Shown in pieces: positions 1 through 13,100 of a DNA stretch of 64,000 nucleotides. Under the pieces are notes generated by a model. The model did no database searches and was not told where the DNA came from. It was given only the letters and a program-made list of their open reading frames with translations. The stretch covers positions 143,780,001 to 143,844,000 of the forward strand of contig NC_058368.1 of the NCBI RefSeq assembly GCF_018350175.1. The letters run 5' to 3'. Source of the DNA: Felis catus (lineage: Eukaryota). Numbering within the stretch: the first letter of the stretch is position 1; the number at the start of each line of letters is the position of its first letter. The position numbers and the translations under genes were made by a program.

Positions 1-1653
1 CTTCCTTCTCTGGCTAGATGCCCCAGAAGTAACAGTGGCCTCTTCCTGAGCCTGTTGTAAAACAATGACAATTATTTTCCTCATATCACCTGCCTCCTCA
101 GCCATGTAGTAGGCATGAATCAGCCCTTGAACTCAGGTTTGTGAGAAAAACCACTTTAATTCCCAAATTCCAACTTGTTTTCATTTTGAAAACTCATTCT
201 CCCTGACTCCAGACAAGTACTACTTGAGTCTTGCTTGGGGTTTCCACTCTTCTCTCAGAATCACCCTAGGATGCCTTCTCAGTACCAAAGTGTTAGGGAC
301 TGGGGAGTGGCTGTCCACACAGATTCCTCCTAACATGACCATGGTCAGCACTCACCACCACCCCCATTCTCAGAAGCCATAAAACCACAAAAGGGCCCCC
401 AAATCTGAATGAACCCCTGGAGCCATTTCTTTACTGGCCCTCACCTGGAGGGCTGCAGGAAGCCCCTCTTCTCCCTCTCTCTCTAGCATGGGACAATCTT
501 TCCCTAATCTGAGAAGGAAAGCCTTATGTCCGCCCGCCCTCTTTGCTTTTGGCAAAGAAATTCTGTCTGTTCCCAGTCTTCCTTTACTTATGGCCCCTAA
601 GTTCCCCTAAAGGCTTAGCTTGCAGGCCGGCTCTGACTCACACATGCCACATCCCCTCTGAGGTAATAAGCTCAGAGTCCACCCTCTGAATGGAGAATTG
701 GGGAATAGGGAAGTATCAAAGGGAGATGGGCTCAATGTCTTCTGGTGCTACCCCACCACATTCTGAATGAGCCCAAATGATGATGACCTAAGGTGTAGTA
801 TAGGATCCTCTTTGGGTTTCTGGAGCCTACAAAAAAAAAAAAAAGCCACCAGGAATATTGTTTGGAAAAGGCATACTTACAGAATGAAATTGCAGGTGCT
901 CAAGAGGCAGAAGGGTGTGGTGGCAGAGGAAGAAGAGAAAGGGATTCCCCAAGGCTGGGGGAGCAGGGGCATGGTGGAGTCTGGAGTGGACTTGTCTGCT
1001 CCACTCCTAAATGGTTTGAGAAATGGAGAGGAGCCTCTGATGGGAGTACCTGGTCATGACTGTGGATGGACACTTAGCCTGCACCCTGGAGCAGAGTTGA
1101 GGGCTCTAGATGGCCAAGCTTACAGCAGCAGGCAGGGTGATCTTGAGGAGCACCAATGCAGCCCTCCTAGAGGAAGCACCACCTCCTCCCCCCAATACGC
1201 CCAGAGAACCTGTAGAATGGGGCTGAGGAAGGAACCCCAGGAAGGACTGACATTGCAGGCTGGCTAGGTGAGAGGTCAGGGGGACAGAGTGAGAGCAGGG
1301 AGCAGGGCTCTGCTCAGCTCTAACAGAGGGGAGCTGACCAAAGAAAAGTTGAAGAGCAGAGGGCACAAGGACCTACGCTCAGGGAAAAGAAGGGGGCCAT
1401 ACGGAGAGCCAGACAACCTCCAGGCCCCACACTCCCAACTCCAGAAGGTGTTTCTGGCGACACTCTCCATCCAACCTCCAGTCACCAGAGGCAGAAACAG
1501 GCAGCCTTGGACCCACATGCAGAAATGGGGAGCCCGCCAAGCATATTCACTATTCTAAAACTCCACATGTGTTGTTTCTATAAGAAGAAATGGAATAAAC
1601 ATTAAGAAAGTACCAAAGAAACCAATGAGCCGTTAAAACTGATTCAGCAGCAT

Positions 1654-1862
1654 GGGGCGCCTGGGTGGCTCAGCTGGCTAAGCGTCTGACTTCATTCAGC
1701 TCAGGTTATGATCTCACGGCTTGTGGGTTTGAGCCCTGCATCCATCTCTGTGCTGACAGCGTGGAGGAGTGTGCTTCAGATTCTGTGTCTCCCTCTGTCT
1801 CTGCCCCTCCCCTGCTTGTGCTCTCTCTCTCTCTCAAAAAAATAAACATTGTTTTAAATAAA
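1654..1862 (+). mobile_element. Carnivore tRNA-derived SINE (CanSINE)
   Basis: GGGGCGCCTGGGTGGCTCAG head, (CT)n tract and A-rich tail. Flanking GATTCAGCAG duplication. Confidence 0.95.
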
Positions 1863-2807
1863 TAGATAACTAGATTCAGCAGAATATTACCTAAGAGAAG
1901 TATGGGTGATTAAATGACATAAAGGGAAAAAAATAAAATGAAAATCAAACAAACAACTTGACCTTACCTCCCAACTCATATCACCAAGGCTGGACCCCAA
2001 TGCAGTTTCTTCAGCCACTATTTGCTGGACCTGGATTATTCAGTTCCTACTGTTTGGATTTGTTCCTAAAATGAAAAGATGCCTATGTTTAGGCCAGACC
2101 ACGTCCTCCACCTAGAAATTCTACAAACAGCCCCTGAGAAGTGCTCCACGTGGGTGGAGCACCCTCAAGGGGCAGCTCCTGAAGTCACAGCTTTGGTTCA
2201 AAGTACCCTGAAGAAAGGATTCACTTCGAACCCTTATCCAAGCTATGATCTAGCACACATGTCTCCCCTTCACTAAGGTTACCTTACTAAGTAATATCAG
2301 GTTTATACATTATAGAACACAATAAGTAATCACTGTGAGGCACAAACATCTCTGCAAAAAAGAGTTGTCCAACTATATGAACATCTCTTGCCATATTTGG
2401 GGGGGGGTGGTTCTTCCAAATAGCTGTTCATTAATTGCTTATTTTATAGCACCCACTAGAAAAAAACAGTAGCAGATATCTCAAGTCTAAGAAAAACTTA
2501 TGGAAGTAAGTTTTTCATTGAAAGTGTTCTCCATTACGGGCACCTGGGTGGCTCAGTGGGTTAAGCATGGGACTCTTGATTTCAGCGCAGGTCAGGATCT
2601 CATGGTTCCTGAGATGGAGCCCCCTCTGCCCTGGGCTCTACGCTGACAGTAAGGAGCCTGCTTGGGATTCTCTCTCTCCCTCTCTCTCCCCCTTCCACTG
2701 CTTGTGTACTCTCTCTCTCTCTCTCTCAAAACAAACATAAAAGAAAAAAGAAAAGAAAACAAAAGAAAACAAAAGAAAAAGGTGTTCTGTTATCTTCACA
2801 AGAAGTC

Positions 2808-3443
2808 CTTTTTTTGTTGTTTGATTTTTGTTTTGTTTTGTTTTCCCGTTGAATTCATTTGGGCAGAACTGGAGCCAGGTAGGCTCTGCATCTAAAAGAG
2901 GGTGTTCGGCCTCTTGGTCATGAAATGTGGGTTGTGCTGGCGACGCAGGACCTGGTGGGGCAGTGGGAACTTGATTTTTGGAGTCCTGGAACTGTCTGAC
3001 TGCTGCTCGGCGGCACGTGCTGGCTGCAATCTCCTCCACCTTCATGATCTGGATCCAGCGGCCCGGGGAGCGGTGCGAGGTGCCCATGTCTCGGTCGCAC
3101 TGGGTGACGGCGCCCTCGTCATCAGGTCCCTATACGCCCCCGAACATGTTGTGGGTGCCACTGCGGGAGTCATAGCGCAGCCAGATGCTGAAGTTCTTCA
3201 CCCACAAGGGGAATTTCTCAAACACCTGTCCACAGTAGACAATTTCCCCTGAAGCCTTCTTCACCTTCAGACACAAAGTACCAGAAGCGGGACTCGACGA
3301 CGACATGATTAGGTGCAAATACTCGCAGGAGATACAACAGCGGAGTGCGGCATTTCGGGGTGGGCAGGCAGCGCTCCACTACCTTGTACCCCGAAGTGTG
3401 CCATCATGGTGCACTGTCCACTCTCAACCGCCACCCAAGAGAG
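2808..3443 (-). pseudogene. RPL18A: RPL18A (60S ribosomal protein L18a) processed pseudogene
   Basis: Intronless, ATG at 3407 to TAG at 2892. Fragments in different frames ([64 protein letters not shown]) show several frameshifts. It has a pyrimidine-rich 5' UTR start, AATGAA in place of AATAAA, and a decayed A-rich tail at 2808-2845. Confidence 0.95.
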
Positions 3444-4469
3444 CACAGCTCCCACCAGACTTCTGAGGACCAGGGGTTGAAAACGAACGTCTCAAAAGTC
3501 CCTTCGAGCTCTGTGGTTTCTGTGAGCTGCTGGAGGATGAGTAATATGCAATATTCTTATCTGTACCCTACCCTCATCCCCTGAATAAAGTATTTGTTGA
3601 ACTGGAAAAGCCAGTTGCCTCCATTAAGCCAAGAGCAGGAGGCTTCAAACTCTTGTCTTTCTCCACTGAATCCACGAGGGGGCGGCAATCCTCCAAAAAC
3701 ATGCCTATTTTGAGCAGGCTGCCCTTTTCTAGTTAAAAAACAACACCTGAAGTTCATTAAAAATCAAACAACTACCATTTATTACTTATTTTACTCCTAG
3801 TAACAACATTGCTAATAGTTCAGTGCTTAAGAACTCATTACCAAAACATTAAATTAAACAAAAACCAACAACCACACATGAAACAAATGATATTTCAATT
3901 ATTACAGATGAGGCTGTGAATGAACACAGAAGCCTCATTTTTTTTTTTCTCTTTTTCTGGAATTGCCTAGAGGAGACCTTCCTTGTGCCTCAGCCTAAAT
4001 TCACATGCCGGTCTTCTCTGTGAGCCAAGCAAAGAGCCATTCATCCATCCATTCATCATTCATTCACTCACTCACACATCAAACCAACACCTACTGAGCA
4101 ACTGCTGTGTGCTAGGCGCTGTGCTAGGCACTGGGAGGAACGCAAAAAAGTACGTGAATCCAGTTGGCATTAGTCCAGGTCTCTATTTGACTGAGAGCCA
4201 TTTTCACTCCAACACTATTAATTGCAAAAGAATAATTTGTTTTAGGACTGGATGAAACTTTATTAAAGCAACTTGCTGGATTCCCTTGCTCTCTGACTCT
4301 ATTTGTAAAACATTTGTCCACTGAAAGAACCCCCATTTACTTAATCCTGAGAGTTTTTAGCTAAGTCAAAAAAAAAAAAAGATTTGTCCTAAATGTCTCA
4401 CCAGAAAGAATGACTTTCCAGGGAACACAACATAGCTTACCAGGCAGGGACAGGTGGCTTGACAGAAGT

Positions 4470-4574
4470 TAATTCAGTCAAAAACTGTTTGGTCTGCACA
4501 GTGTTTTCACTGTTCTTGGGGCTTTTTTGTTTGTTTTGTTAAATAATGCAAACTTTAAAATCTGAGACAAATTT
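4470..4574. mobile_element. MER102-like hAT DNA transposon, left part
   Basis: TGTTTGGTCTGCACAGTGTTTT...TTTAAAATCTGAGA resembles the recalled MER102 consensus. The element continues beyond the L1. Confidence 0.5.
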
Positions 4575-7500
4575 GGAGCTCTAGTCTAAGATGACAATGT
4601 ACAAAGACCCTGAACTCACCTCCTCCACAGATATACCAAATCTACCCGCATTTGTAGATCAATTCCTCCTGGAGAAGGACCGAGGGCTGTCTGAACAGCT
4701 TCTGCGCAACAAATAATATAAACAACCCAGAGAGAATGGCAAGAGACGGAGACTGAGCGACAAGGGGAATCCCCATCCCCAACGCTGCCAACTGCACTGG
4801 AGAGGGATGGTACCCACAGGCTGGGAGATCCTCTTCCCTGGAGCACCAAAGGAAAAAAAAAAAGCTCAAGTTTAAAAGGGCAACTAGAATATAAATAAAC
4901 CAACCCTAAAATCCTGCCAGATGGTAGGAGAGTTGCGGGAACACTCTCAAGGTTAGAGGGACTAGTGAGCAGCACAATTTACATTCTCCCTCCACCTTGA
5001 CAGTGTGGACAGGAGCAGGGCCCAGTGCGATAGCTGGCCTGCTGCCTCAGTGAGCCCCAGGCCCCTAGCCCACACCAGTCACAGCCATACCACCAAGGCC
5101 ACCCCACCATGGTGCACACACCAGGACATCCCTGGTCGATGCTCACTACAACTAATGGCAATTTCACCAAGGCGACACAGGGACAAAGAACCCTGCAACT
5201 CTCCAGACCCACATCACTTTGGCTCCAGACAACTTGCCAGGGAACCCCTCCAGTGCAGAGCAACTGGGGGTACACTGACCTTGGCTCTAAGCACTCTGGC
5301 ACAAACCATCTATACAAAGGATTCCAGAATCCCCTGGCCTGTGCACACCTCAGCTCCAGCCATGCACAGGGTACCCTGGAATACCCTGGCTTGTAATTTC
5401 AGCTTCAGCTGTCCTGCCAAGGTACCTTCTGCAGAGAGGGTCCCAGGACCACTCTGGCCCACACCTACTTCAGTCCCAACCATCCCAACAGGGCAGCCTA
5501 GTATAGAGTTTCCTGGGACCCCCAGGCCATGACAGCCACATCTCCAGCCAACCAACCAAAGTCACCAGGAACACACAGTATTCACAGGGGATGGCCTGTG
5601 ATAAACAAAACCATTCCATCAAGGTTAGGATAAGTAGATGTTTCACCTAATTCACAGAAACACAGTAAGTCAAGCAAAATGAGGAGATAGAGCAATATGT
5701 TCCAAACAGAAGAATAAGACAAAAATCTCAGAAGGACTGAAATGAAAAATACCCAAGAGGGAATTAACAGTAGATTAGAGGATGAAAAAGGAAAAATCAG
5801 TGATCTGGAAGGCAGGATAAGGGAAAGCACCCAAGCTGAAAATAAAAAAGATTTTTTTATTTTATTTTTATTTTATATTTTTTAAGCACAAGCAGGGAGC
5901 AGGGGAGAGGGCAAAGGGGAAGAGGATGAGAGAATCTCAAGCAGGCTCCATGTACAGTGCATTTGGTTGATCATGAGGTGGCATTTGGTTGATCATGACC
6001 TGAGCCAATCCAAGATTTGGATGCTCAACCAAATGCCACCTCAGCACCCCCAAAAAAGATTTTTTTTGAGAGAGAGATAGAGATAAAGAGAGTACAAGCA
6101 GGGGAGGGGCAAAAGGAGAGAGAGAATCCCAAACAGGTTCCATGGGGTCCCAACATGGGGCTTGATCCCATGGCTGTGAGATCATGACCTGAGCCGAAAT
6201 CAAGAGTGAGACACAACTGACAGAGCTACCAGGCACCCCGCAAAAAAACAATGTCTAAAAATGAGGATAGGAGAGACTGAGAAAATGGCAGAGTAAAAGG
6301 ACCCATAAGCTCATTCTATCCCATGGATACAACTAAGTAACACTCACATCAGCATATATAACTAGGAAATAACCCTAAGACGGGCAGAACAAAGTCCACA
6401 ACTAAAGGCTGGGAAGAAGCCACACTGAGGAAGGTAGGAAGGGTGAAGACACAGTTTGGAAACAAAACAGACCATGGCCACCCATGGTGGGGAGGGAACT
6501 GGTAGCACAGAGAAGGGTGAAAAACAAAATTTCACATAAGGGAGCCCACACAGGCAAGACAAATCCCCATAACATTTGGCTTTGAAAGTGAGAGGGGCCA
6601 AATTTAGTGAGTTTGTACAACCAGCAGAACTTGAAACCTGGGATTTTTAAAAAAATCAGAGGTCTCAGCTCTGAAAGAGCCCAGAGAGTGTTAGGAAGCC
6701 CAGTCACCACCCTTAAAGAGATAGCACAACAGCCCATGCAAAAACAGCCCAGAATCAGCAGTTGAAATACACTGGGGCAGATGGGAGGGAGAGTGATTTA
6801 CTCATCTCAGAGTGTGACTCAGAGAGACAGAGATCACAGAAGCCCCCTCCAGGAACAAACAAACTGGCACATTCCATTTACCTCCTGCTCCCACCAGCAT
6901 AAATAGCGGCCACCTACAGTAACAAGTGTACCTCTGACACTCATTACCTAACTTGCTTACACAAGCCATGCCCACCCACCCCCCACATCAGTAGATCTGC
7001 CCTTTCCAGTCACACTGGCCTTAGTCCTGGTGCTGCAGGCCCCCTCCCCCAGAAGACTGGCACAAACCCTGCCAACACCACATCTCCTGACCAACAAGGT
7101 TTGCAGGATTTCAGTTTCAGTGCCAGCGGTAGCAGCAGGTCTCATTTCACAAGCAGATGAGCACACACCTTGTAAAAACACACCCCACCCCTTCTGAGGA
7201 ACAAATATTGCCCACAACAGGCAAAGAGACATGGACTGAAGGGAAAAGAGGTCAGGATGCAACAGCACAGCTCATGATATACACATGAGAGGCACTCCCT
7301 GAAGCACCAGGTCCTGGGGATTAGGGGACACTGCATTGCCATGCACTAAGGACCTCTTCTTCTTAAGGCCACTAGCATCAAGAGTAAGAGACATAGCTGA
7401 CTTTTCTAATACATAGAAATGAACACAGAGAGTTAGACAAAATGTGGAGACAGAGAACTATGTCCCAAATGAAAGAACAGGACCCAACCAGACCAAGATA

Positions 7501-9176
7501 CCTAAGGAAAACAGATGTAAATAATATGACTTAAAGAGAATTTAAAATAATGATCATAAAGATATCACTAGACTTGAGAAGAGTGGAGGACATCAATGAG
7601 ATCTTTAACAGAGATTTTTTTAAAAAAGAACCCATCAGATGGTGTTGCTCATGCCTGAATTTTTTCTATATATAAATGATGTCTTTGTACTTTTTTTACT
7701 GCCTGACACATCTCTAGAATACACTTTTCAGATTCAAATCTTTGATTGCCTCTTATGACAAAAATGTGTAAGTTCATTTTCTATAGAGATTAGAAAGATA
7801 GTTTATGTCAATATCTAGAATACCTGACGAGCATGTTTCTATCACTGATAATTTTTAAAAAGCTTCTTTTACTTTCACAACTCATTATTGATAGTCAGGT
7901 ACATTTCTCAGAATGTTGTCTCTTTTGGGAAAACATCTGTCAAGTTCCTTTCATACAGAGTTGTTTTATCACTGTGCTGTAGCCCTGAAACTAACATGAC
8001 ATTGTGTGTCAACTACACTTCAATAACAACGTAATGAAATGAAATACAGAATATTTAAGATTCTGGGGAAAAAAAGAACCAATCAGAGATGAAGAATACC
8101 ATAAATGAAATTAAAAATACACTTGATGGAATAAACAGCAGTCTAGATGAAGTAGAGGAATGAATTAATGAAGCGGAAGACAAAGTAACAGAAAGTAATG
8201 AAGCTGACCAAATGAGAAGAAAAACTATGCGAATTAAGAAAAGTCATAGGGAACTCAGTCTCTACATCAAACGTAATAATATTTGCATTATAGGGATCAT
8301 AGAAGAAGAGGAGAGCAAAGGCTGCAGAAAATTTATTTGAAGAAATAATAGCTGAAAACTTCCCCAATCTGGAAACAGATATCCACATCTAGGAGGCACA
8401 GGAATCCCCCTAGAAAATCAACTCAAGGAGGTCCACACCAAGACACATAGTACTGGAAATGGCAAAAAGTAGTGATAAAACTTTAGAAAACTTTAGAAAA
8501 AAACTTGAAAGCATCAACAGAAAAGAAGGTAGCATCATTAGATTCTCCCTGTATGTAACTATCAGCAGATTTTTCAGCAGAAGCTTTACAGGCCAGAAGA
8601 GGGTGGCATGATATATTCAAAGTCCTGAAAGGGAAAAACCTGCAGCTAAGAATACTCTATCCAGCAAAGCTATCATTCAGAATACAAGGAGAGATAAAGA
8701 GTTTCTGAAACAAAAAATAAAGGAGTTTGTGACCACTCAGCCTACCCTACAAAAAATATTAAAGGGTACTCTTTGAATGGAAAGGAAAGAACATAAGTGA
8801 GAGTATGAAAAGTAAAAAAAAAAACATAAAAGCAGTAAAAGTAAGTATTTCTGTAAAAATAAGTCAAAGGATTCACTAAATAAATAAGAGGATGTAAAAC
8901 ACAATACCATATATCTAAAATGTGGGGGACAGGGGGAAGGGGTAGAGAATGGGTTCAAACTTAAGTGAATATCAACTTAATATAGATTGCTATTTACAGA
9001 AGATGTTATACACAAACCTAATGGTAACCACAAATCAAAAATCAGTAATAGACAGGCAAAGAATAAACAGAAAGGAATTCAAGGAAAGCCAATGAACCAT
9101 GAAAGAGAGCAAAAGAAGAATCACATAACAACTACTAAAACAGCCACAAAATAGGTAACAAAATGGCAATAAATAG

Positions 9177-9390
9177 GGGTGCCTGGGTGGCTCAGTCGGT
9201 TGAGCATCCGACTTCAACTTGGGTCATGATCTCACAGTCTGTGAGTTCGAGCCCCGCGTCAGGCTCTGTGCTGACAGCTCAGAGCCTGGGGCCTGTTTCA
9301 GATTCTGTGTCTCCCTTTCTCTCTGACCCTCCCCCGTTCATGCTCTGTCTCTCTCTGTCTCAAAAATAAACGTTAAAAAATTTTAAAAAA
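9177..9390 (+). mobile_element. Felid SINE in L1
   Basis: Full SINE with TSD AACAAAATGGCAATAAATA. Confidence 0.95.
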
Positions 9391-9919
9391 ACAAAATGGC
9401 AATAAATATATATCTATCAATAATAACTTCAAATTGGACTCAAATAAATAAATGGGTCAATGCTCCAATCAAAAGACAAAGGGTGTTTTAAAATAAAAAT
9501 GGTGGGGTTGCCTGGGTGGCTCAGTGAGTAAAGTGGCTGACTTCAGCTCAGGTCATGATCTTGGGGTTCATGATTTCAAGCCCTATATCAGGTTCCTTGC
9601 TGACAACTCAACACCTGGGCCTGCTTCAGATTCTGTCTCCCTCTCTCTCTGCCCCTCCCCCCTCATGTTGGTCTCTCTCCCTGTCTGTCTGTCTCTCTCT
9701 CAAAAAAACAAACATTGGAAAAAAGAGACCCATCTATATGCTGCCTACAAGAGACTTACTTCATACCTAAACACACCTGCAGACTCAGAGTGAGGGAATA
9801 GAGAAACAGGTATCATGCAAATGAAAATGTAAAGAAAGCCACGGTAGCCATACTTAAAATGGACAAAATAGACTTTAAAACAAAGACCACAACAAGAGAC
9901 AAAGACGGACATTATTTAT

Positions 9920-10163
9920 TTATTTTTTATTTTTTTTAATTTTTTTTTAATTTTTTTTTTCAACGTTTATTTATTTTTGGAACAGAGAGAGACAGAGCAT
10001 GAATGGGGGAGGGGCAGAGAGAGAGGGAGACACAGAATCGGAAACAGGCTCCAGGCTCTGAGCCATCAGCCCAGAGCCTGACGCGGGGCTCGAACTCACG
10101 GACCGCGAGATCGTGACCTGGCTGAAGTCGGTCGCTTAACAGACTGCGCCACCCAGGCGCCCC
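9920..10163 (-). mobile_element. Young felid SINE
   Basis: CpGs intact, young-subfamily GGCGCAGTC and CAGCCAGGTCACG diagnostics, TSD GGACATTATTTA. Confidence 0.95.
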
Positions 10164-13100
10164 GGACATTATTTAATAATAAAGGGGACAGTCCAACAAG
10201 ACGATATAACAATTGTAAAAACTTATGCACCCAACATGAAAGCACCCAAATACATAACAAGTTAATAACAAACATAAAGAAAATAATCAATAGTAATACA
10301 ATAGCAGGGGACTTTAAGACCCCACTTATATCCAAGCACACATCATCCAAACAGAATATCAACAAGGAAATTGGCTTTGAATGACACACTGGACCAGATG
10401 GATTTAACAGATATATTCAGAACATCCCATCCTAAAACAGCACAATACAAATTTTTTCAAGTGCACATAGAACATTTTCCAGAACAGATCACATATTAGG
10501 CCACAAGTCTCAAGAAATTCAAAAAGATCAATATCATTCCATGCATCTTTTGTGACCACAACACTGAAACTAGAAATCAACGACAAGAAAAAGTCTGGAA
10601 AGAGCAAAAAAAAAAAAAAAAAAAGATTACATAACATGCTACTAAACAATGAATGGGTCAACCAAGAAATCAAAGAAGAAATCGAAACATACATGGAAAG
10701 ATGGGGCATCTGGGTGGCTCAGTTAAGCGTCTGACTCTTGGTTTTGACTCAGGTCTTGATCTCATGGTTTGTGGGTTTGAGGCCCACATCAAACTCTGTG
10801 CTGGCAGCATGGAGCCTGCTTCGGGTTTTCTCTCTCCCCCACTCTCTCTCTTCCCCTTCCCTGCTTTCTCTCTCAAAATAAATAAATAAACATTCAAAAC
10901 ATACATAGAAACAAATGAAAATGAAAACACAACCGTCCAAAATTTGGGGGGTGCAACAAAACTGGTTCTAGGAAGGAAGTTTAAAACAATATGGGCCTTC
11001 CTCAAGAGGCAAAAAAAAAATCAGAGCAACAACCTAACCTTACACCTAAAGGTGCTAGAAAAAGAAGAACAAACAAAACCCAAACCTAACAGAAAAAAGG
11101 AAATAATAAGGATTAGAGCATGGATGGAGCTAGAGAGTCAAATGCTAAGTGAAATAAGTCAGAGACAAATACCATATGATTTCATACATATGTGGAATTT
11201 AAGAAACAAAACTAATGAGCAAAGGGAAAAAGAGAGAGAGAGAAAGAGAGAGAGGGGGAGAGAGAGGGAAGCCAAGAAACAGATCCTTTACTATAGACAA
11301 CGAATTGATGGTTACCAGATGGGAGGTGGGTGGGGGGAGGGGGAAACTGGGACTAAGGGGTGTACCTGTCATGATGAGCACTGGGTGATGTATGGAATTA
11401 ATGAATCACTATACTGTATACCTGAAACTAATGTAACATTGTATGTTAACTCTACTGGAATTAAAATTAACACTTAATCAACAAAACACAACAAAAATAA
11501 AATAAAATGAGGACAGAGTACAGGATCTCTTAGGTAACATCAAGCAAACTGACATTTGCATTATAGGGGTCCCAGAAGGAGAAGAGAGAGAGGAGAGGGC
11601 AGAAAACTTACTTGAGTAAATAATAGCTAAAAAATTCCCTAACCTGGGGAAGGAAACAGATATCCAGGTTCAGAAACACAGAGAGTTCCACATCATGAAT
11701 CCCGGGAGGTTCACACCATGACACATAATAATTAAAATGTCAAAGATGAAAGATAAAGAATTTTAAAAACAGCAAGAGAGAAGCAACTAGTCATATACAA
11801 AGGAAATTCCATAAGGCTATCAGCTTTTTTTTCAGCAGAAATTTTATAGGCTAGAATGGAGAGGCATGATATATTCAAAGTGTTGAAAGAAAAAAAAAAA
11901 ACCTATAACCAAGAATACCCAGCAAGAACATCACTCAGATTTGAAGGAAAGATAGTTTCCCAAACAAAATCAAAGAATTCATTACCACAAAGCCAGTCTT
12001 AAAATAAATGTTAAGGGGACTTCTGTAAGAAGAGAAGAAATGTCCATAATCAGAAACAAAATTATAAAAGGAAAAAATTTCAGGGCACCTGGCTGACTCA
12101 GTTGGTACAGCAGGCAACTCTTGATATTGGAGTTTTAAGTTTGAGCCCCACGTTGGGTGTAAAGATTACCCAAAAATAAAATCTTAAGAAAACAAAAGGA
12201 AAAATTTCTTGAGTAAAATCAAACATAAAGGTAGCACAGCAATCACTTATAAAGCTAGTATGAAGGTTGAAAGACGGAAGTAGTAAAATCAATTATATCT
12301 AAAAAATTAATTAAGAGGACTTACAAAATAAAAAGATGTAAAATATGACAACACATACATAAAATGTGTTCGAACTTAAGTGACCCTCAAGTTAATATAG
12401 ACTGCTATATATTTAGAATGTTATACATAAACCTCATGGTAACCACAAGCCAAAAACCTGAAAGAGATACACAAAAAATTAAGAGAAAGAAAGCCAAGCA
12501 TAACAATAAAAAAAGTCATCAATCAGGGGCGCCTGGATGGCTCAGTCGGTTGAGCATCCAACTTTGGCTCAGGTCATGATCTTACAGTTTGTGGGTTCAT
12601 GCCCCGCATCAGGCTCTGTGCTAACAGCTTCCTCAGAGCCTGCAACCTGCTTCAAATTCTGTGTCTCCTTCTCTCTCTCTGCCCCTCCCCAGCTCATGGT
12701 CTGTCTCTCAAAAATAAATAAATGTTAAAAAAAAGTCATCAATCATAAAGAGAGGAAGAGAAGAAGCAACAGAGAATACAGAAACAACCAGAAAACAATG
12801 AATAAAATGGCAATATGTACATATCTATTAATAATGACTTTAATTGCAAATGGTCTAAATGCTTCAATCAAAAAATATAGAGAGATGGAATAGACTAAAA
12901 AAAACCAAGTCCCATTTAGATATTGCCTACAAGAGACTGACTTCAGAACTAAAGACACATACAAATTGAAAGTGAAGATATGGAAAAGATACTCCATATA
13001 AAGGTGGGGGGAAAAAAGCCAGGGTAGCAATACCTCTATGGGACAAAATATACCTTAAAACAAAGACTATAACAAGCAACAAAGAAGGGCATTGCACGAT

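Larger units (their letters stand above)
6271..11503 (+). mobile_element. Second LINE-1 nested in ORF1 of the first, with a large internal ORF2 deletion
   Basis: Own 5' end (GAGAGACTGAGAAAATGGCAGAGTAAAAGGACC), ORF1, endonuclease domain, 3' UTR and A-rich tail. TSD AAAATGAGGA(T/C)AG at 6258-6270 and 11504-11516. Confidence 0.88.

Noticed and set aside
767..1558. 166-aa and 96-aa plus-strand ORFs
   Set aside because: No recognisable domain. The first crosses a poly(A) run and the composition fits chance ORFs in purine-rich intergenic DNA.
1..4400. Expected 3' exons of THBS4, the neighbour of SERINC5 in human
   Set aside because: No thrombospondin C-terminal peptide was found in any frame I examined. 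The gene presumably lies outside the window.
5005..5532. 175-aa Pro/Thr-rich ORF and overlapping ORFs
   Set aside because: They lie in the C-rich L1 5' UTR, where stop codons are rare by composition.
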